Of a DNA stretch of 64,000 nucleotides, positions 31,064-40,619 are shown piece after piece. The translations under genes and the position numbers were made by a program. Under the pieces are notes generated by a model. The model saw only the letters and a program-made list of their open reading frames with translations. It made no database searches and was not told the DNA's origin. This stretch comes from Candidatus Omnitrophota bacterium (GTDB lineage: Bacteria > Omnitrophota > Gorgyraeia > Duberdicusellales > 4484-171). The stretch spans positions 32,001 to 96,000 of the forward strand of contig JAIPGM010000004.1 of assembly GCA_021735655.1 (NCBI GenBank). The letters are read 5' to 3'. The stretch's first letter is position 1; each line of letters opens with the position of its first letter.

Positions 31064-32194
31064 TTATAAAATCAAACCGAAGGCGGCCGAAAAACTACTC
31101 TTAAAGTGATTAAACCGCTCATCTAGGATTTGACCGTCTAGTTTTTTTAAAAAGCTAGGGATATTTGGCAAAAGGCTCACCTCTACATCTAAGGCTTCAG
31201 CAAAAACACTCTCAATATCTTTAATCGAAGCTAACCCGCCGGTCAAATAGACTTTATCTATATGTTCACCTTTGTTAACTTCGAAATAATCAAAAGAGCT
31301 TTTCATTTCCTTGCAAAGCCCCGAGATGCCGCTTTGAATAAATTCCAGAAATTCGCCAGCATCAGGAGAACTCACAAGTTGCTTTTCAACCTCACCTGGC
31401 TTCAAACCTTTGGTCCGAGCTACGATCGCCACTATATCTTTTGTGCTGAATTTGACATCCCGAGTTAGAAAAGGAACCCCTTTATTTACGATCGTCATAA
31501 CCGAGAAACTACTGCCAATGTCTAAAATGCAAGAATTAATCTCCTTGTTATCGCTACAGTTATCGAGAAAAAGATTGAAGATGCAAATGCTATCTAAATT
31601 TATCTCAGATACTTCTACTCCGAGTGTTTTAAAAGCTTCCAAAATATTATCGATATAATCCTTCTTGGCGACGGCTAGCAAAATTGATAGCTCTGTTGGG
31701 CTGGCATCTTTTAAAATATAATAATCAAAATACACCTCTTCCGGAGAAAAAGGAATATGCTTATTCAGCTCATAGAAAAGTGCCTGCTCTAATCTTTTCT
31801 TCTCCATTTTAGGAAAGGAAAAATAACGCACTAGACAACTCGGATTCTTAATAGAAATCTTGACTGATTTGGCAGAAATCTTCTTTTGAGCCCAGACTTT
31901 TCCAAGAGTTTTAACTAAATCTTCATTCGGTTCAATAAAATAATCAGAAAGGCTATCTCCTTTAAAAATTAGCCCTTTAAGGTAGTAATTTCCAATGTTT
32001 AAACCTACCGTGGGCCTAGCTTCAGTTTTAAGAAAATCATTCGGCCGGAGAATTTTTCTAACCTGTTCTTTAAATTGGCTAATCGGTAAGGATTTTTTGA
32101 ATCGCTTCAAAACAGACTGCGATTGAATTGCTTTTAGAAAAACATTAGCCTTGATCATCATATATATACTATTATAGTCATTACGGCTTGTCAA
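31064..32194 (-). CDS. pilM: PilM-like actin-fold pilus assembly ATPase
   Basis: 376 aa, VGLNIGNYYLK and ILDIGSSFSVM (actin/FtsA-like phosphate loops); first gene of the MNOPQ order. Confidence 0.7.
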   Translation of the reverse strand: MTSRNDYNSIYMMIKANVFLKAIQSQSVLKRFKKSLPISQFKEQVRKILRPNDFLKTEARPTVGLNIGNYYLKGLIFKGDSLSDYFIEPNEDLVKTLGKVWAQKKISAKSVKISIKNPSCLVRYFSFPKMEKKRLEQALFYELNKHIPFSPEEVYFDYYILKDASPTELSILLAVAKKDYIDNILEAFKTLGVEVSEINLDSICIFNLFLDNCSDNKEINSCILDIGSSFSVMTIVNKGVPFLTRDVKFSTKDIVAIVARTKGLKPGEVEKQLVSSPDAGEFLEFIQSGISGLCKEMKSSFDYFEVNKGEHIDKVYLTGGLASIKDIESVFAEALDVEVSLLPNIPSFLKKLDGQILDERFNHFKSSFSAAFGLIL

Positions 32195-32210
32195 CGCAAT
32201 AGGAAGAATT

Positions 32211-32669
32211 TTACTCTACTTCGGAAAAGCCAACAGGACAACTTGTTCCGATATGAATATTTGGGGCAGGAGTGTTTACAGAATTAGATCTACAAAGAAG
32301 ACCGTCCTCGTCAATATAATAAGTTTTAGCTTGAGCTAAATTCTGCGGTGTGGCCGTAGCGTAGAAATCAATGTAAGTATTAGGAACCGCTTTAATAATA
32401 TATTCCTGCTTTATGCCGCTAGCTAAAGAAACGTCAATATAGGGAGGCTGGGCAGAAGCTAACTCCTGTAAAGTTGCATATTCCGGGTTAGTTGCCCGCC
32501 ACTGCACTTCAGCAGAACAAACAATGCGAAGAAGATTCGCCGAAATAGCTGCTCGGGCAGACATCCGCGAACGCAATAAATTAGGTATAGCCAAAGCTGC
32601 CAAGACAGATATTATGGTTACAACTATCATAAGCTCCATGAGAGTTATGGCCTTTTTTAATTTTTCCAT
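32211..32669 (-). CDS. Type IV (pseudo)pilin, paralog B of the major pilin
   Basis: Class-III signal/N-terminal helix KKAITLMELMIVVTIISVLAALAIPNLLRSR; C-terminal disulfide loop CRSNSV...CPVGF. Paralogous to 35328-35777 (shared blocks ATNP.YA.L, PPYID, YYIDEDG.LCRS). Its start overlaps the OST gene end by 13 nt. Confidence 0.8.
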   Translation of the reverse strand: MEKLKKAITLMELMIVVTIISVLAALAIPNLLRSRMSARAAISANLLRIVCSAEVQWRATNPEYATLQELASAQPPYIDVSLASGIKQEYIIKAVPNTYIDFYATATPQNLAQAKTYYIDEDGLLCRSNSVNTPAPNIHIGTSCPVGFSEVE

Positions 32670-35203
32670 TTTATCTTAAAAGCATAAAGGTTAGCTTTAT
32701 CTAACGCTATAAACGGTTCAAAGTAATCAAGAGTCTTTGCTTTTGTAAAATAAAGCTTAGCAAGCAAGCTCTCGCCTAAAGCTTTATTCGAAACTCCGAT
32801 ACATTTCCACTGACCGTTATCCTTAAAAAAGAAACCACCAGAATTAAATCGCATTGGCTGGCTCATTTTAGATTCATTATAGGTCAAGTTGTCGCCATCA
32901 AAAATAAAAGTAAAACTAAGCTCTTTGAATTTTTTTTCCGGCTGTTGAAACATCGTAGCCCGAGAACTATTCAGAGCTAAAACTATGCCATTGTCAAAAT
33001 AAACAGTTCCTGAATCCTCCCTACCTGCCGCCAAATAAAGCGGAAATGTCCACTTCTCAGAAACTACCTCGTTTACCTCTCGGCCAATTCTAGAAAACAT
33101 TACCTCTTCGTAAAGAAGTTCTGCTTCTGACTGCTTTAAACCAAACACCCGAAAAAGATTATTAATCACTTCCAACTTCGGCAGATCTTGATGCTTGATT
33201 ATATAAACTTTGGCAAAATTCCAATTACCTAAAAAAGAAATGGCTGAAATTTTATAGATCATGGTCTCATCAATAAACAAATAGGCTGGTGCCGGAATTT
33301 TAACAAAAATTACATCTTTTATTTTCTTAGCTAATCCTTTAGGTATTTTGTACTCTTTAAAAATAGCCTCGATATTTTTTTCTTCAGATCTCAATATCTT
33401 ATTAAGAAAAACAATTGAGGAAAAGTCGTCACCAAGGAAAGAATTAATTTGATCAAAAAGTGCGTCTGAAGAATTATTGATCATACGTAAAATTCGTACA
33501 GCTTCCTCTTCGTTACCAGCCAAGAAAACCCTCGCCATCCAATAAGTAATCGGTGCATCTTGAATTTGTGGGTCGACTAAGGTACGTCGATTAGCTATCT
33601 CTTTAAACCAGTTGCCATAATCCCACCAACTATTAATTACGCTATTCTCAGGTGTTTTTTCCTTTATTTGGATCATAAGATCATACCAACCATCATTAAG
33701 TATTGGAAACTGTATACTGGCTTGAGAAAAGCTTCTTCGCACCGGAATTGAAACTACAAGGCAAATTAAACAAACCGCACTCAAAATAAGGCCACTTCTA
33801 ACCTTATGGCTACTAACGCCTCTTACCCAATTCGGAAGTAACCGCCAGACATCGCCCAAGCTAACACTTAAAAAAATACCTAAAGGCACAAAAAGGAATT
33901 GAGTAAAACGCAACCCTTTTAGGCTGGCAAAAAACATAACAAAGGTCCAACAGCTAAGAATCAATACTATATCTGCCCGCTTGCCTCTTTTCTCTCGCAA
34001 ATATGTCCAAAGCAAACCAAACAAAGACAACATAAATATAGCCCAACCGCCAGTATATACCGGAATACTTGTAAAGCTTCCTTGCTTTAGCTCTGACACC
34101 GTATATAAAACTGAGGGCCAAATCGAGAAAGAAAGAGAGTTGCCCAATCTTAAATTGCTAGCTAAAGAACCATAAAGAAAAGAAAAAGGTTCAACCTTTG
34201 CAATAAGTAAACAAAAAATTACACTCCCCGATAAGAAAACAGCCAGAGAAACTAGATAGGGTGCATTTTTTTTCTTCAGGGTATCTCTATCTTTAAAATG
34301 TAAACAAAAATTATTAGCCAAGGTCGCAAGAAAAAATATAACGATTACCGCGAAAATAAACCACCAACCAACCCAGCTAAAAGCATATAATCCTAAAAGC
34401 AATGAAGCTAATAAAGAGTACTTAACGATTTGTATAAAAGTTTTGCTTTTTAGCCCTATACCAAGAAACCAAACTATCAACAAAGGAAATAAAACATTAA
34501 ATACATCCTGGTCAAACCAACCAGCAGAACTACGATGAATAAACACCGGAGAAAGACCAATAAAGATAATCGCAAATATTCCGGAAATGTTCGAAAAGAA
34601 ATAACGACAGAATAGGTAAAGAACAATACAAAACACAAAGGTAAGGAAAACCGGCAAATAAAAAACAAATTTCTCCAAAGACAGGTTGGGGAAAATAAAT
34701 GAAACTGCCCTATATAAATAGGCTGAAAAATAATAAAGAAACCTCTCAGGTGGAACTAACCCTCCCTGGGGGGCAAGCATAAACTTATCATAGATCTTGC
34801 CGTCTACTATCTTATTTCCCGGATAACCATTTTCTAAGGTAAGCCTAGTAAAACGTTTTCGACAATAAGGATCAACTTCAAGTAAGTAAGTCTGACCACT
34901 ATCATCTTGATATTGTGACTTTAGCCGCTCGTATTCCTTATTAACTCGCAGTTTAAAGCCTTTAGAATTCTTTCTGCCCTCTTTGACTACCTGCTTAGCA
35001 ATTTTTTCCTTTATCAAAGAGTTATAGCCAGGATACTGCTTTTGGGTAAATTCTCGAGCCTGAGAAAGCATCCGATCCTCTATATTAAGATGGGCTCTTT
35101 TCTTAAGTTGGGGAAAGTTGGCCGGAAATAAACGTAGGTAGACATTTAGCCCCAATACAGTTGCGAGGATTAAAAAAATGGTTACTTTTTTTAGCTTATC
35201 CAT
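32657..35203 (-). CDS. STT3/PglB/AglB-family oligosaccharyltransferase (polytopic N-terminal domain + periplasmic C-terminal domain)
   Basis: 848 aa with about 13 predicted TM segments, then SWWDYGNWF...TLVD, matching the PglB hallmark WWDYG...TLVDGG. Acidic loop motifs EVDPY and WFDQD in the external loops. Confidence 0.75.
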   Translation of the reverse strand: MDKLKKVTIFLILATVLGLNVYLRLFPANFPQLKKRAHLNIEDRMLSQAREFTQKQYPGYNSLIKEKIAKQVVKEGRKNSKGFKLRVNKEYERLKSQYQDDSGQTYLLEVDPYCRKRFTRLTLENGYPGNKIVDGKIYDKFMLAPQGGLVPPERFLYYFSAYLYRAVSFIFPNLSLEKFVFYLPVFLTFVFCIVLYLFCRYFFSNISGIFAIIFIGLSPVFIHRSSAGWFDQDVFNVLFPLLIVWFLGIGLKSKTFIQIVKYSLLASLLLGLYAFSWVGWWFIFAVIVIFFLATLANNFCLHFKDRDTLKKKNAPYLVSLAVFLSGSVIFCLLIAKVEPFSFLYGSLASNLRLGNSLSFSIWPSVLYTVSELKQGSFTSIPVYTGGWAIFMLSLFGLLWTYLREKRGKRADIVLILSCWTFVMFFASLKGLRFTQFLFVPLGIFLSVSLGDVWRLLPNWVRGVSSHKVRSGLILSAVCLICLVVSIPVRRSFSQASIQFPILNDGWYDLMIQIKEKTPENSVINSWWDYGNWFKEIANRRTLVDPQIQDAPITYWMARVFLAGNEEEAVRILRMINNSSDALFDQINSFLGDDFSSIVFLNKILRSEEKNIEAIFKEYKIPKGLAKKIKDVIFVKIPAPAYLFIDETMIYKISAISFLGNWNFAKVYIIKHQDLPKLEVINNLFRVFGLKQSEAELLYEEVMFSRIGREVNEVVSEKWTFPLYLAAGREDSGTVYFDNGIVLALNSSRATMFQQPEKKFKELSFTFIFDGDNLTYNESKMSQPMRFNSGGFFFKDNGQWKCIGVSNKALGESLLAKLYFTKAKTLDYFEPFIALDKANLYAFKIKWKN

Positions 35204-35215
35204 ATCTTTATCGAT

Positions 35216-35243
35216 ATTTTACCATACTAAGTTTAAATCGCAA
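35216..35243 (-). promoter_or_regulatory. Candidate sigma70-like promoter for the OST gene (TTGCGA-16 bp-TAAAAT on the minus strand)
   Basis: Minus-strand TTGCGA (35243-35238) and TAAAAT (35221-35216), between the pilin A terminator and the OST ATG at 35203. Confidence 0.25.
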
Positions 35244-35279
35244 TAACCGGATTGACTTTAAAGGCGGGTCGTAAAAATA

Positions 35280-35304
35280 ATAAGGCGGTGGGAATCCCAC
35301 CGCC
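35280..35304 (-). terminator. Rho-independent terminator downstream of major pilin gene A
   Basis: Perfect 11-bp stem AAGGCGGTGGG-AAT-CCCACCGCCTT flanked by A/T runs on both sides, 24 nt after the pilin stop codon. Confidence 0.55.
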
Positions 35305-35327
35305 TTATTATTTAATCACTTTTTTGC

Positions 35328-35777
35328 TTACTGCATTTCAGCATAACCAGATGGACAAGCATTCGTACCTTCATGAGCTGCGGCAGCAGTGCCAACAGCA
35401 GTAGATCTACATAGAATTCCATCTTCATCTATATAGAAAGAATGACCTTGTGCAGCAGTATTAACTGCTCTAGCTGCAAAAGTCCCATTAGTGTTGTCGG
35501 TAACAACTGAAAAAGTATATCCCTGTTTAGTTCCACCAGCCAAAGTTGTATCAATATAGGGTGGATTCTCACTGCCTAAAGTTGCCAAGGCAGCATAACC
35601 AGGATTAGTTGCTCGATATTGAATCTCAGCGGCAGCAACTGTATGAGCGGCTGCAGCTGCAGCAGCTTCTTGGGCTGACAAACGAGCCCTCAAAAGATTG
35701 GGTATAGCTATCGCCGCTAAAAGAGCAATGATAGCTACAACGATCATAATTTCAACAAGAGTAAAACCTTTCTTCAT
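35328..35777 (-). CDS. pilA: Type IV major pilin (paralog A)
   Basis: MKKGFTLVEIMIVVAIIALLAAIAIPNL, a canonical prepilin leader and N-methylatable F+1. Strong GGAGG RBS. C-terminal CRSTAV...CPSGY disulfide loop. One N-G-T sequon. Confidence 0.9.
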   Translation of the reverse strand: MKKGFTLVEIMIVVAIIALLAAIAIPNLLRARLSAQEAAAAAAAHTVAAAEIQYRATNPGYAALATLGSENPPYIDTTLAGGTKQGYTFSVVTDNTNGTFAARAVNTAAQGHSFYIDEDGILCRSTAVGTAAAAHEGTNACPSGYAEMQ

Positions 35778-35930
35778 CTTAACACCTCCAAATTTTCAAA
35801 TGGCGAGATCCTCTTTTTTAAACTTTTTCACCTCCTTTTCAAAAAAGAACCTCATTAATAAAATAATATAAAGAACACTGTTTCAAGGGCTTAACTTAAG
35901 GCTTCTTGCCTATTTTACCCGACCACTTCA

Positions 35931-35959
35931 AATATAGCATATCGACCTCAGCTTGTCAA
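35931..35959 (-). promoter_or_regulatory. Candidate sigma70 promoter for pilin A (TTGACA-17 bp-TATATT on the minus strand), about 150-nt leader
   Basis: Minus-strand TTGACA (35959-35954) and TATATT (35936-35931), located just after the pilC stop codon. Confidence 0.3.
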
Positions 35960-35976
35960 CGCCAAGACTTAGCTTA

Positions 35977-37191
35977 TCAATGAACTCCGCCAATATATTG
36001 GGTAATTTTGATTATTGGCAAAAATAAAGAAACTACAATGCCACCAACGACTATTCCCAAAAAGCCAATAACTATAGGCTCGATTAAACTTGATAACCCA
36101 GCAACCATAGCATCAGTCTGCTCTTCATAAAATTGAGCTATCTTAGACAACATCTCCTCCAGCCTTCCGCTTTTTTCACCTACCGAAATCATCCTGGTAA
36201 CCATTGGAGGGAAAACTCCGGTTTTTTCTAAAGGAAAAGAAATCGGCTGTCCTTCTTGAATCGCTGTCCGGGACTCCATAACTGCCTCTTCAATAACAAC
36301 ATTTCCTGAGGTCTTGGCTACAATCTCCAAACACTTTAATATCGGAACTCCGCTACGAACCAAAGTAGAAAATGTCCGGGAAAATTTAGCAATCGCTAAC
36401 TTTCTAGCTAAATTTCCAAATACCGGAAGCCGTAAAATAAATTTATGGAAGTTGCGCTTGCCTTTTGGTGTTTTGATATAACGAGTAAAAAGCATGCCGC
36501 CGCCGCCTAAAATAATCAGTAAGCCAAGGATTGATGTTGGCTTTCGGGCCAAATCCGAAAAACTTATCAAAATTCTAGTAGGCAAAGGTAAAACCCCGCC
36601 AAGAGCAGAAAAAATCTCTTTAAAGGTAGGGATTACCTTAAAGATTAAAAACGAAGTTATGGCTATCGCCATAAGAACAATGATTACCGGATAATAAAGA
36701 GCCGAAATCACTTTCTTCCTTAAAGCACTGCTTTTTTCTAAGTAAAATGAAACCCGATCTAAAATCTCCGGCAAATTCCCAGAAGCTTCCGCTGCTTCAA
36801 CCATGCTTAAATAAATATCAGGAAAAACATCCTTATGCCCAGAAAGGCTGGCTGAAAGAGATGTTCCTTCTTTAACCTCGCGCAAAATAGCCCAGATAAC
36901 TTCCTTAAAATAAGCCTGCTCGGTTTGTTCGCCTAGAATGCCCAAACACTCAACTACCGGAATTCCGCTTTCAATTAAAGTAGTGAATTGACGCGAAAAA
37001 ATTACTAAATCATCGGTTTTTATCTTGCCTTTTCTTTTTTTCCTAGCCTTTTCCTTAGTCTCTTCAATTGAAAAAATAATACTCTCTTGGCCATGAAAAT
37101 GCTCAATAAGCTTTTGTTTAGACTCAGCCTCAATAACCCCCTTGGTTGTTTTTCCTTCCTTGTCCTTAACGATATATGAAAATAACTTCAT
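35977..37191 (-). CDS. pilC: Type IV pilus inner-membrane platform protein (GspF/PilC family)
   Basis: 404 aa, two T2SSF repeats (…GIPVVECLGILGEQ… / …GVPILKCLEIVAKT…), 3 TM segments. Confidence 0.9.
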   Translation of the reverse strand: MKLFSYIVKDKEGKTTKGVIEAESKQKLIEHFHGQESIIFSIEETKEKARKKRKGKIKTDDLVIFSRQFTTLIESGIPVVECLGILGEQTEQAYFKEVIWAILREVKEGTSLSASLSGHKDVFPDIYLSMVEAAEASGNLPEILDRVSFYLEKSSALRKKVISALYYPVIIVLMAIAITSFLIFKVIPTFKEIFSALGGVLPLPTRILISFSDLARKPTSILGLLIILGGGGMLFTRYIKTPKGKRNFHKFILRLPVFGNLARKLAIAKFSRTFSTLVRSGVPILKCLEIVAKTSGNVVIEEAVMESRTAIQEGQPISFPLEKTGVFPPMVTRMISVGEKSGRLEEMLSKIAQFYEEQTDAMVAGLSSLIEPIVIGFLGIVVGGIVVSLFLPIIKITQYIGGVH

Positions 37192-37192
37192 C

Positions 37193-38914
37193 TCACTCCG
37201 AGATTACCCGAATAACTTCCTCTGCCGAAGTTACCCCTTCGCTACATTTTAAAAAACCATCTTCGGCCAAAGATTGGTAACCCTTAAATTCTCGAGCGTA
37301 CTGGATAATCGTTTCCTCAGTTGCTAATTCAATAATCATCTCTCTTATTTTATCATCTAAAAGAATAATTTCCAGTATTGCTACTCTACCTCTATAACCG
37401 CTGTGAGCGCAGTGAGGACAGCCCTTGGCTCGATAAATCTTTTTTGGCTCGTTGTTCCCCATTATTTTACTACTTAATCCAAACCCCAAACGCTTCAATA
37501 AATCCTTATCCGGGATATATCCTTCCTTACATTTAGGACAAAGCTTACGCACTAAACGCTGAGCAGTAAGGGCAACTAACGATGAAGCTAACAGGAATGG
37601 CTCTGTACCCATATCGCGCAGACGAGCTATTGCTCCCACTGCGCTATTGGTATGAAGAGTAGAAAGTATGGTCTCGCCGGTTAAAGAAGCTTTAATCGCT
37701 GTGTCGGCAGTCTCAGCATCTCTGATTTCACCAACCATAATTACATCCGGTGATTGACGCAAAACCGACCGTAAACCAGCAGAAAAAGTTAAGCCGATTT
37801 CAGCATTAACTTGAATTTGAGTTATACCTTCTAAATGATACTCAACCGGCTCTTCAATAGTTATAATATTTTTATCAGTCGAGTTAATCTGATTAATGAT
37901 TGAATAAAGAGTTGTTGATTTACCGCTTCCAGTTGGCCCAGTAACTAACATTATTCCAAAGGGAGCTTTGATTGCCTCTTCAAACAAAGCCAGCGGCCCG
38001 GGCGAAAACCCTAGTTTTTTTAACCCTATCGATAAGCTCTCTCTATCGAGCACCCGGAGAACAAACTTCTCGCCAAAGTGGGTAGGTAAACTAGAAACTC
38101 TAAAATCTATTTCCCGAGACTCAAATTTAACCCGAAATCTACCGTCTTGAGGAAGCCGCGACTCAGTAATGTCTAGAGATGAAATGATCTTCAAGCGAGC
38201 AATTACGGCTTGCTGGCTGGTTTTAGGAAAACTAAACTCATCGGCCAAGGATCCATCTACTCGATAACGAATTAATAATTTATCTTCACAAGGCTCAATA
38301 TGGATATCTGATGCCCGCTTCTTTAAGGCATTATAAATAATAACATCAATTGCTCTCACGACCGGAGGATGCTTGCTTTCTGAAATTGAACTCTCTAGAT
38401 CTTGTTTAGACTCTTGATGCAACAATCCTTCGCCAACCGAATCAAGAGATACATCGCTACTAAGGGTTTCGGAAATATGTTCAGCCGACTTGTATAAAAA
38501 ATTTATGGCTCTACTTATATCCTTCTCACGAGAAAGAACCAAATCAACCTTTTCGGCATTGGTAATAATCTTTATGTCGTCATGAGTAATAACATCTAAA
38601 GGATTGGCTGTGGCCAAAGTCAGAACATTGCCGATCTTGCATAAAGGAAGAACCTTATGCTTAATTGCTATATCTTTAGGTAATAGCTCTTGATTCTTGT
38701 AAGGTAGTTTATATTTTTTTAAATCAAGAAAAGGGATCTTAAGTTCTTTGGAAAACATCAATAAGAGCTCTTCTTCGCTGATAAGCCCGCTCTCAATCAA
38801 AAGGCTCCTTAAATCAGCATAGGTACGAGCTCGTTTGGCAATATCGATAAGGACCTTCTTGTCACATTTTTTGTCCTCTTGAATGTACTTTATTATCTTC
38901 TCTTTTATGGTCAT
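37193..38914 (-). CDS. pilB: Type IV pilus assembly ATPase (GspE/PilB family) with N-terminal T2SSE_N/MshEN-type domain
   Basis: Walker A GPTGSGKST, Asp box, His box, tetracysteine CPKC...CPHC. 573 aa. Confidence 0.9.
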   Translation of the reverse strand: MTIKEKIIKYIQEDKKCDKKVLIDIAKRARTYADLRSLLIESGLISEEELLLMFSKELKIPFLDLKKYKLPYKNQELLPKDIAIKHKVLPLCKIGNVLTLATANPLDVITHDDIKIITNAEKVDLVLSREKDISRAINFLYKSAEHISETLSSDVSLDSVGEGLLHQESKQDLESSISESKHPPVVRAIDVIIYNALKKRASDIHIEPCEDKLLIRYRVDGSLADEFSFPKTSQQAVIARLKIISSLDITESRLPQDGRFRVKFESREIDFRVSSLPTHFGEKFVLRVLDRESLSIGLKKLGFSPGPLALFEEAIKAPFGIMLVTGPTGSGKSTTLYSIINQINSTDKNIITIEEPVEYHLEGITQIQVNAEIGLTFSAGLRSVLRQSPDVIMVGEIRDAETADTAIKASLTGETILSTLHTNSAVGAIARLRDMGTEPFLLASSLVALTAQRLVRKLCPKCKEGYIPDKDLLKRLGFGLSSKIMGNNEPKKIYRAKGCPHCAHSGYRGRVAILEIILLDDKIREMIIELATEETIIQYAREFKGYQSLAEDGFLKCSEGVTSAEEVIRVISE

Positions 38915-38915
38915 C

Positions 38916-40619
38916 TTATTTTAATGGTTCATCTGGCGCAGTAACTTTAAGTACTTCTTCTAAAGTAGTAATTCCTTTTTCGACTTTCAAAATTCCATCC
39001 TGGCGCAAAGTACGCATACCTAGGTTACGGGCTTTTTTCTTAATGATACTTTCTGAAGCCGAAGAGTTTACTAAATTTTTTATTTGTTGATCAACGTGCA
39101 GATACTCACAAAGGGCAACTCTTCCCTTATAGCCAGTATTCTGGCAATTTCTACAGCCTTTTGATTTATAAATTAAAACTTCTTTATTAATAAGATATCG
39201 CTCGCGAACCGAATCAGATAATTCAAATTCCTCTTTACACTTAGGACACAACATTCGCACTAAACGCTGAGTGAGCACCCCAACCAATGTCGAAGAAAGC
39301 AAAAATGGCTCAACTCCCATATTAATAAGACGAGTGATTGAACCTGCGCTGGTCGTAGTATGAAGTGTGGAAAGAACTAAGTGCCCGGTTAAAGCTGACT
39401 TTATGGCCATGTCAGCAGTGTCAGCATCTCTGACCTCACCGATCATTATTATGTCCGGATCCTGACGCAATATTGAACGTAAACAGGCAGAAAAAGTCAA
39501 ATGAATCGAAGGATTAATACTGGTTTGGTTGATCCCTTTTAATTGGTATTCTATCGGATCTTCTACGGTAACTATGTTCTTCTCCGGTGCGTAAACATGT
39601 TTAATCACCGAATAAAGGCTGGTGGTCTTACCGGCCCCAGTAGGACCACAAACCAAAAGAAGACCGTGAGACTTAAGACTATCTTCCCGTAACTGTTTTA
39701 AAACATCTTCTTCAAACCCCAAAAGATCCAAATTAAGTAAAGCAGTTGCCTTATCTAAAACTCTAATCGCGACTTTTTCTCCAACACTAGTAGGAAGAAC
39801 TGAAACTCGAAAATCAACATTTTTATTTGAAATTCTGCTCCGAAATCTTCCTTCTTGAGGCAAACGGTGTTCGGCAATGTTTAAATTACACATTACCTTT
39901 ATCCGTGATATAGCAAAAGGATGAATTTTTTTTGAAAAGGTATCGATTTCTTGCAAAATTCCGTCAATCCGAAATCGAATCCGACTTACGTTTTCTAAGG
40001 GTTCTATCAGAATATCTGAAGCGGCCTCTTCAACTGCCTTAGTTAAAAAAGAATTGGTAAACTTTATTACCGGAGCCTCTTCAATTGAACGGACGATTTC
40101 TTCTTGAGTTACTTCCTTTTTGACCTTTTTTACAAACTCTAAGCTTTCGGCATGCTGCCCCTTAATAATATCCTCAATCGAAACCATATGGACCTGAGAA
40201 TAATGCATTGAGATGGCTTCTTTTATTTCTGAAAGCGGGGCAATTATCGGATTTACTTCACACTTAGTAATTTTTTTAATATCGTCAATAACTAAAATAT
40301 CTAAAGGATCACCCATGGCCAAGGTTAAGGTGTTGCCAATCTTGCCGATTGGTAAAACCTTATGGTCTCGGGCGACTCTTTCCGGAACTAAAGATATGAT
40401 CTCCTTGGGAATATTAAGATTAAGGATTCGAACCGGTGGGATTGAAAGATAGCTAGATAGTAAATCGAGAAGATCTGGTTCTTTTATGTAGCCTAACTGC
40501 ATAAGCTGCTCAACTAAAGAACCGCCCTTCTCCTTGTGGACGACTAAGACTTTATCTAAATCCTGTTTAGTTAAAAGTCCTTTTTCTAATATGTAATCGG
40601 TAAATTTTTTACTCTTCAT
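38916..40619 (-). CDS. Second GspE/PilB-family secretion ATPase paralog with N-terminal T2SSE_N domain
   Basis: Walker A GPTGAGKTT, CPKC...CRNC; 567 aa. Its N-domain IGNTLTLAMGDPLD matches the one in the standalone ORF. Confidence 0.9.
   Translation of the reverse strand: MKSKKFTDYILEKGLLTKQDLDKVLVVHKEKGGSLVEQLMQLGYIKEPDLLDLLSSYLSIPPVRILNLNIPKEIISLVPERVARDHKVLPIGKIGNTLTLAMGDPLDILVIDDIKKITKCEVNPIIAPLSEIKEAISMHYSQVHMVSIEDIIKGQHAESLEFVKKVKKEVTQEEIVRSIEEAPVIKFTNSFLTKAVEEAASDILIEPLENVSRIRFRIDGILQEIDTFSKKIHPFAISRIKVMCNLNIAEHRLPQEGRFRSRISNKNVDFRVSVLPTSVGEKVAIRVLDKATALLNLDLLGFEEDVLKQLREDSLKSHGLLLVCGPTGAGKTTSLYSVIKHVYAPEKNIVTVEDPIEYQLKGINQTSINPSIHLTFSACLRSILRQDPDIIMIGEVRDADTADMAIKSALTGHLVLSTLHTTTSAGSITRLINMGVEPFLLSSTLVGVLTQRLVRMLCPKCKEEFELSDSVRERYLINKEVLIYKSKGCRNCQNTGYKGRVALCEYLHVDQQIKNLVNSSASESIIKKKARNLGMRTLRQDGILKVEKGITTLEEVLKVTAPDEPLK

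Noticed and set aside
38916-40619. PilT-type retraction ATPase
   Set aside because: Both hexameric-ATPase genes are about 570 aa with N-terminal T2SSE_N domains and tetracysteine motifs (assembly-type PilB/GspE), not the roughly 350-aa PilT/PilU type.
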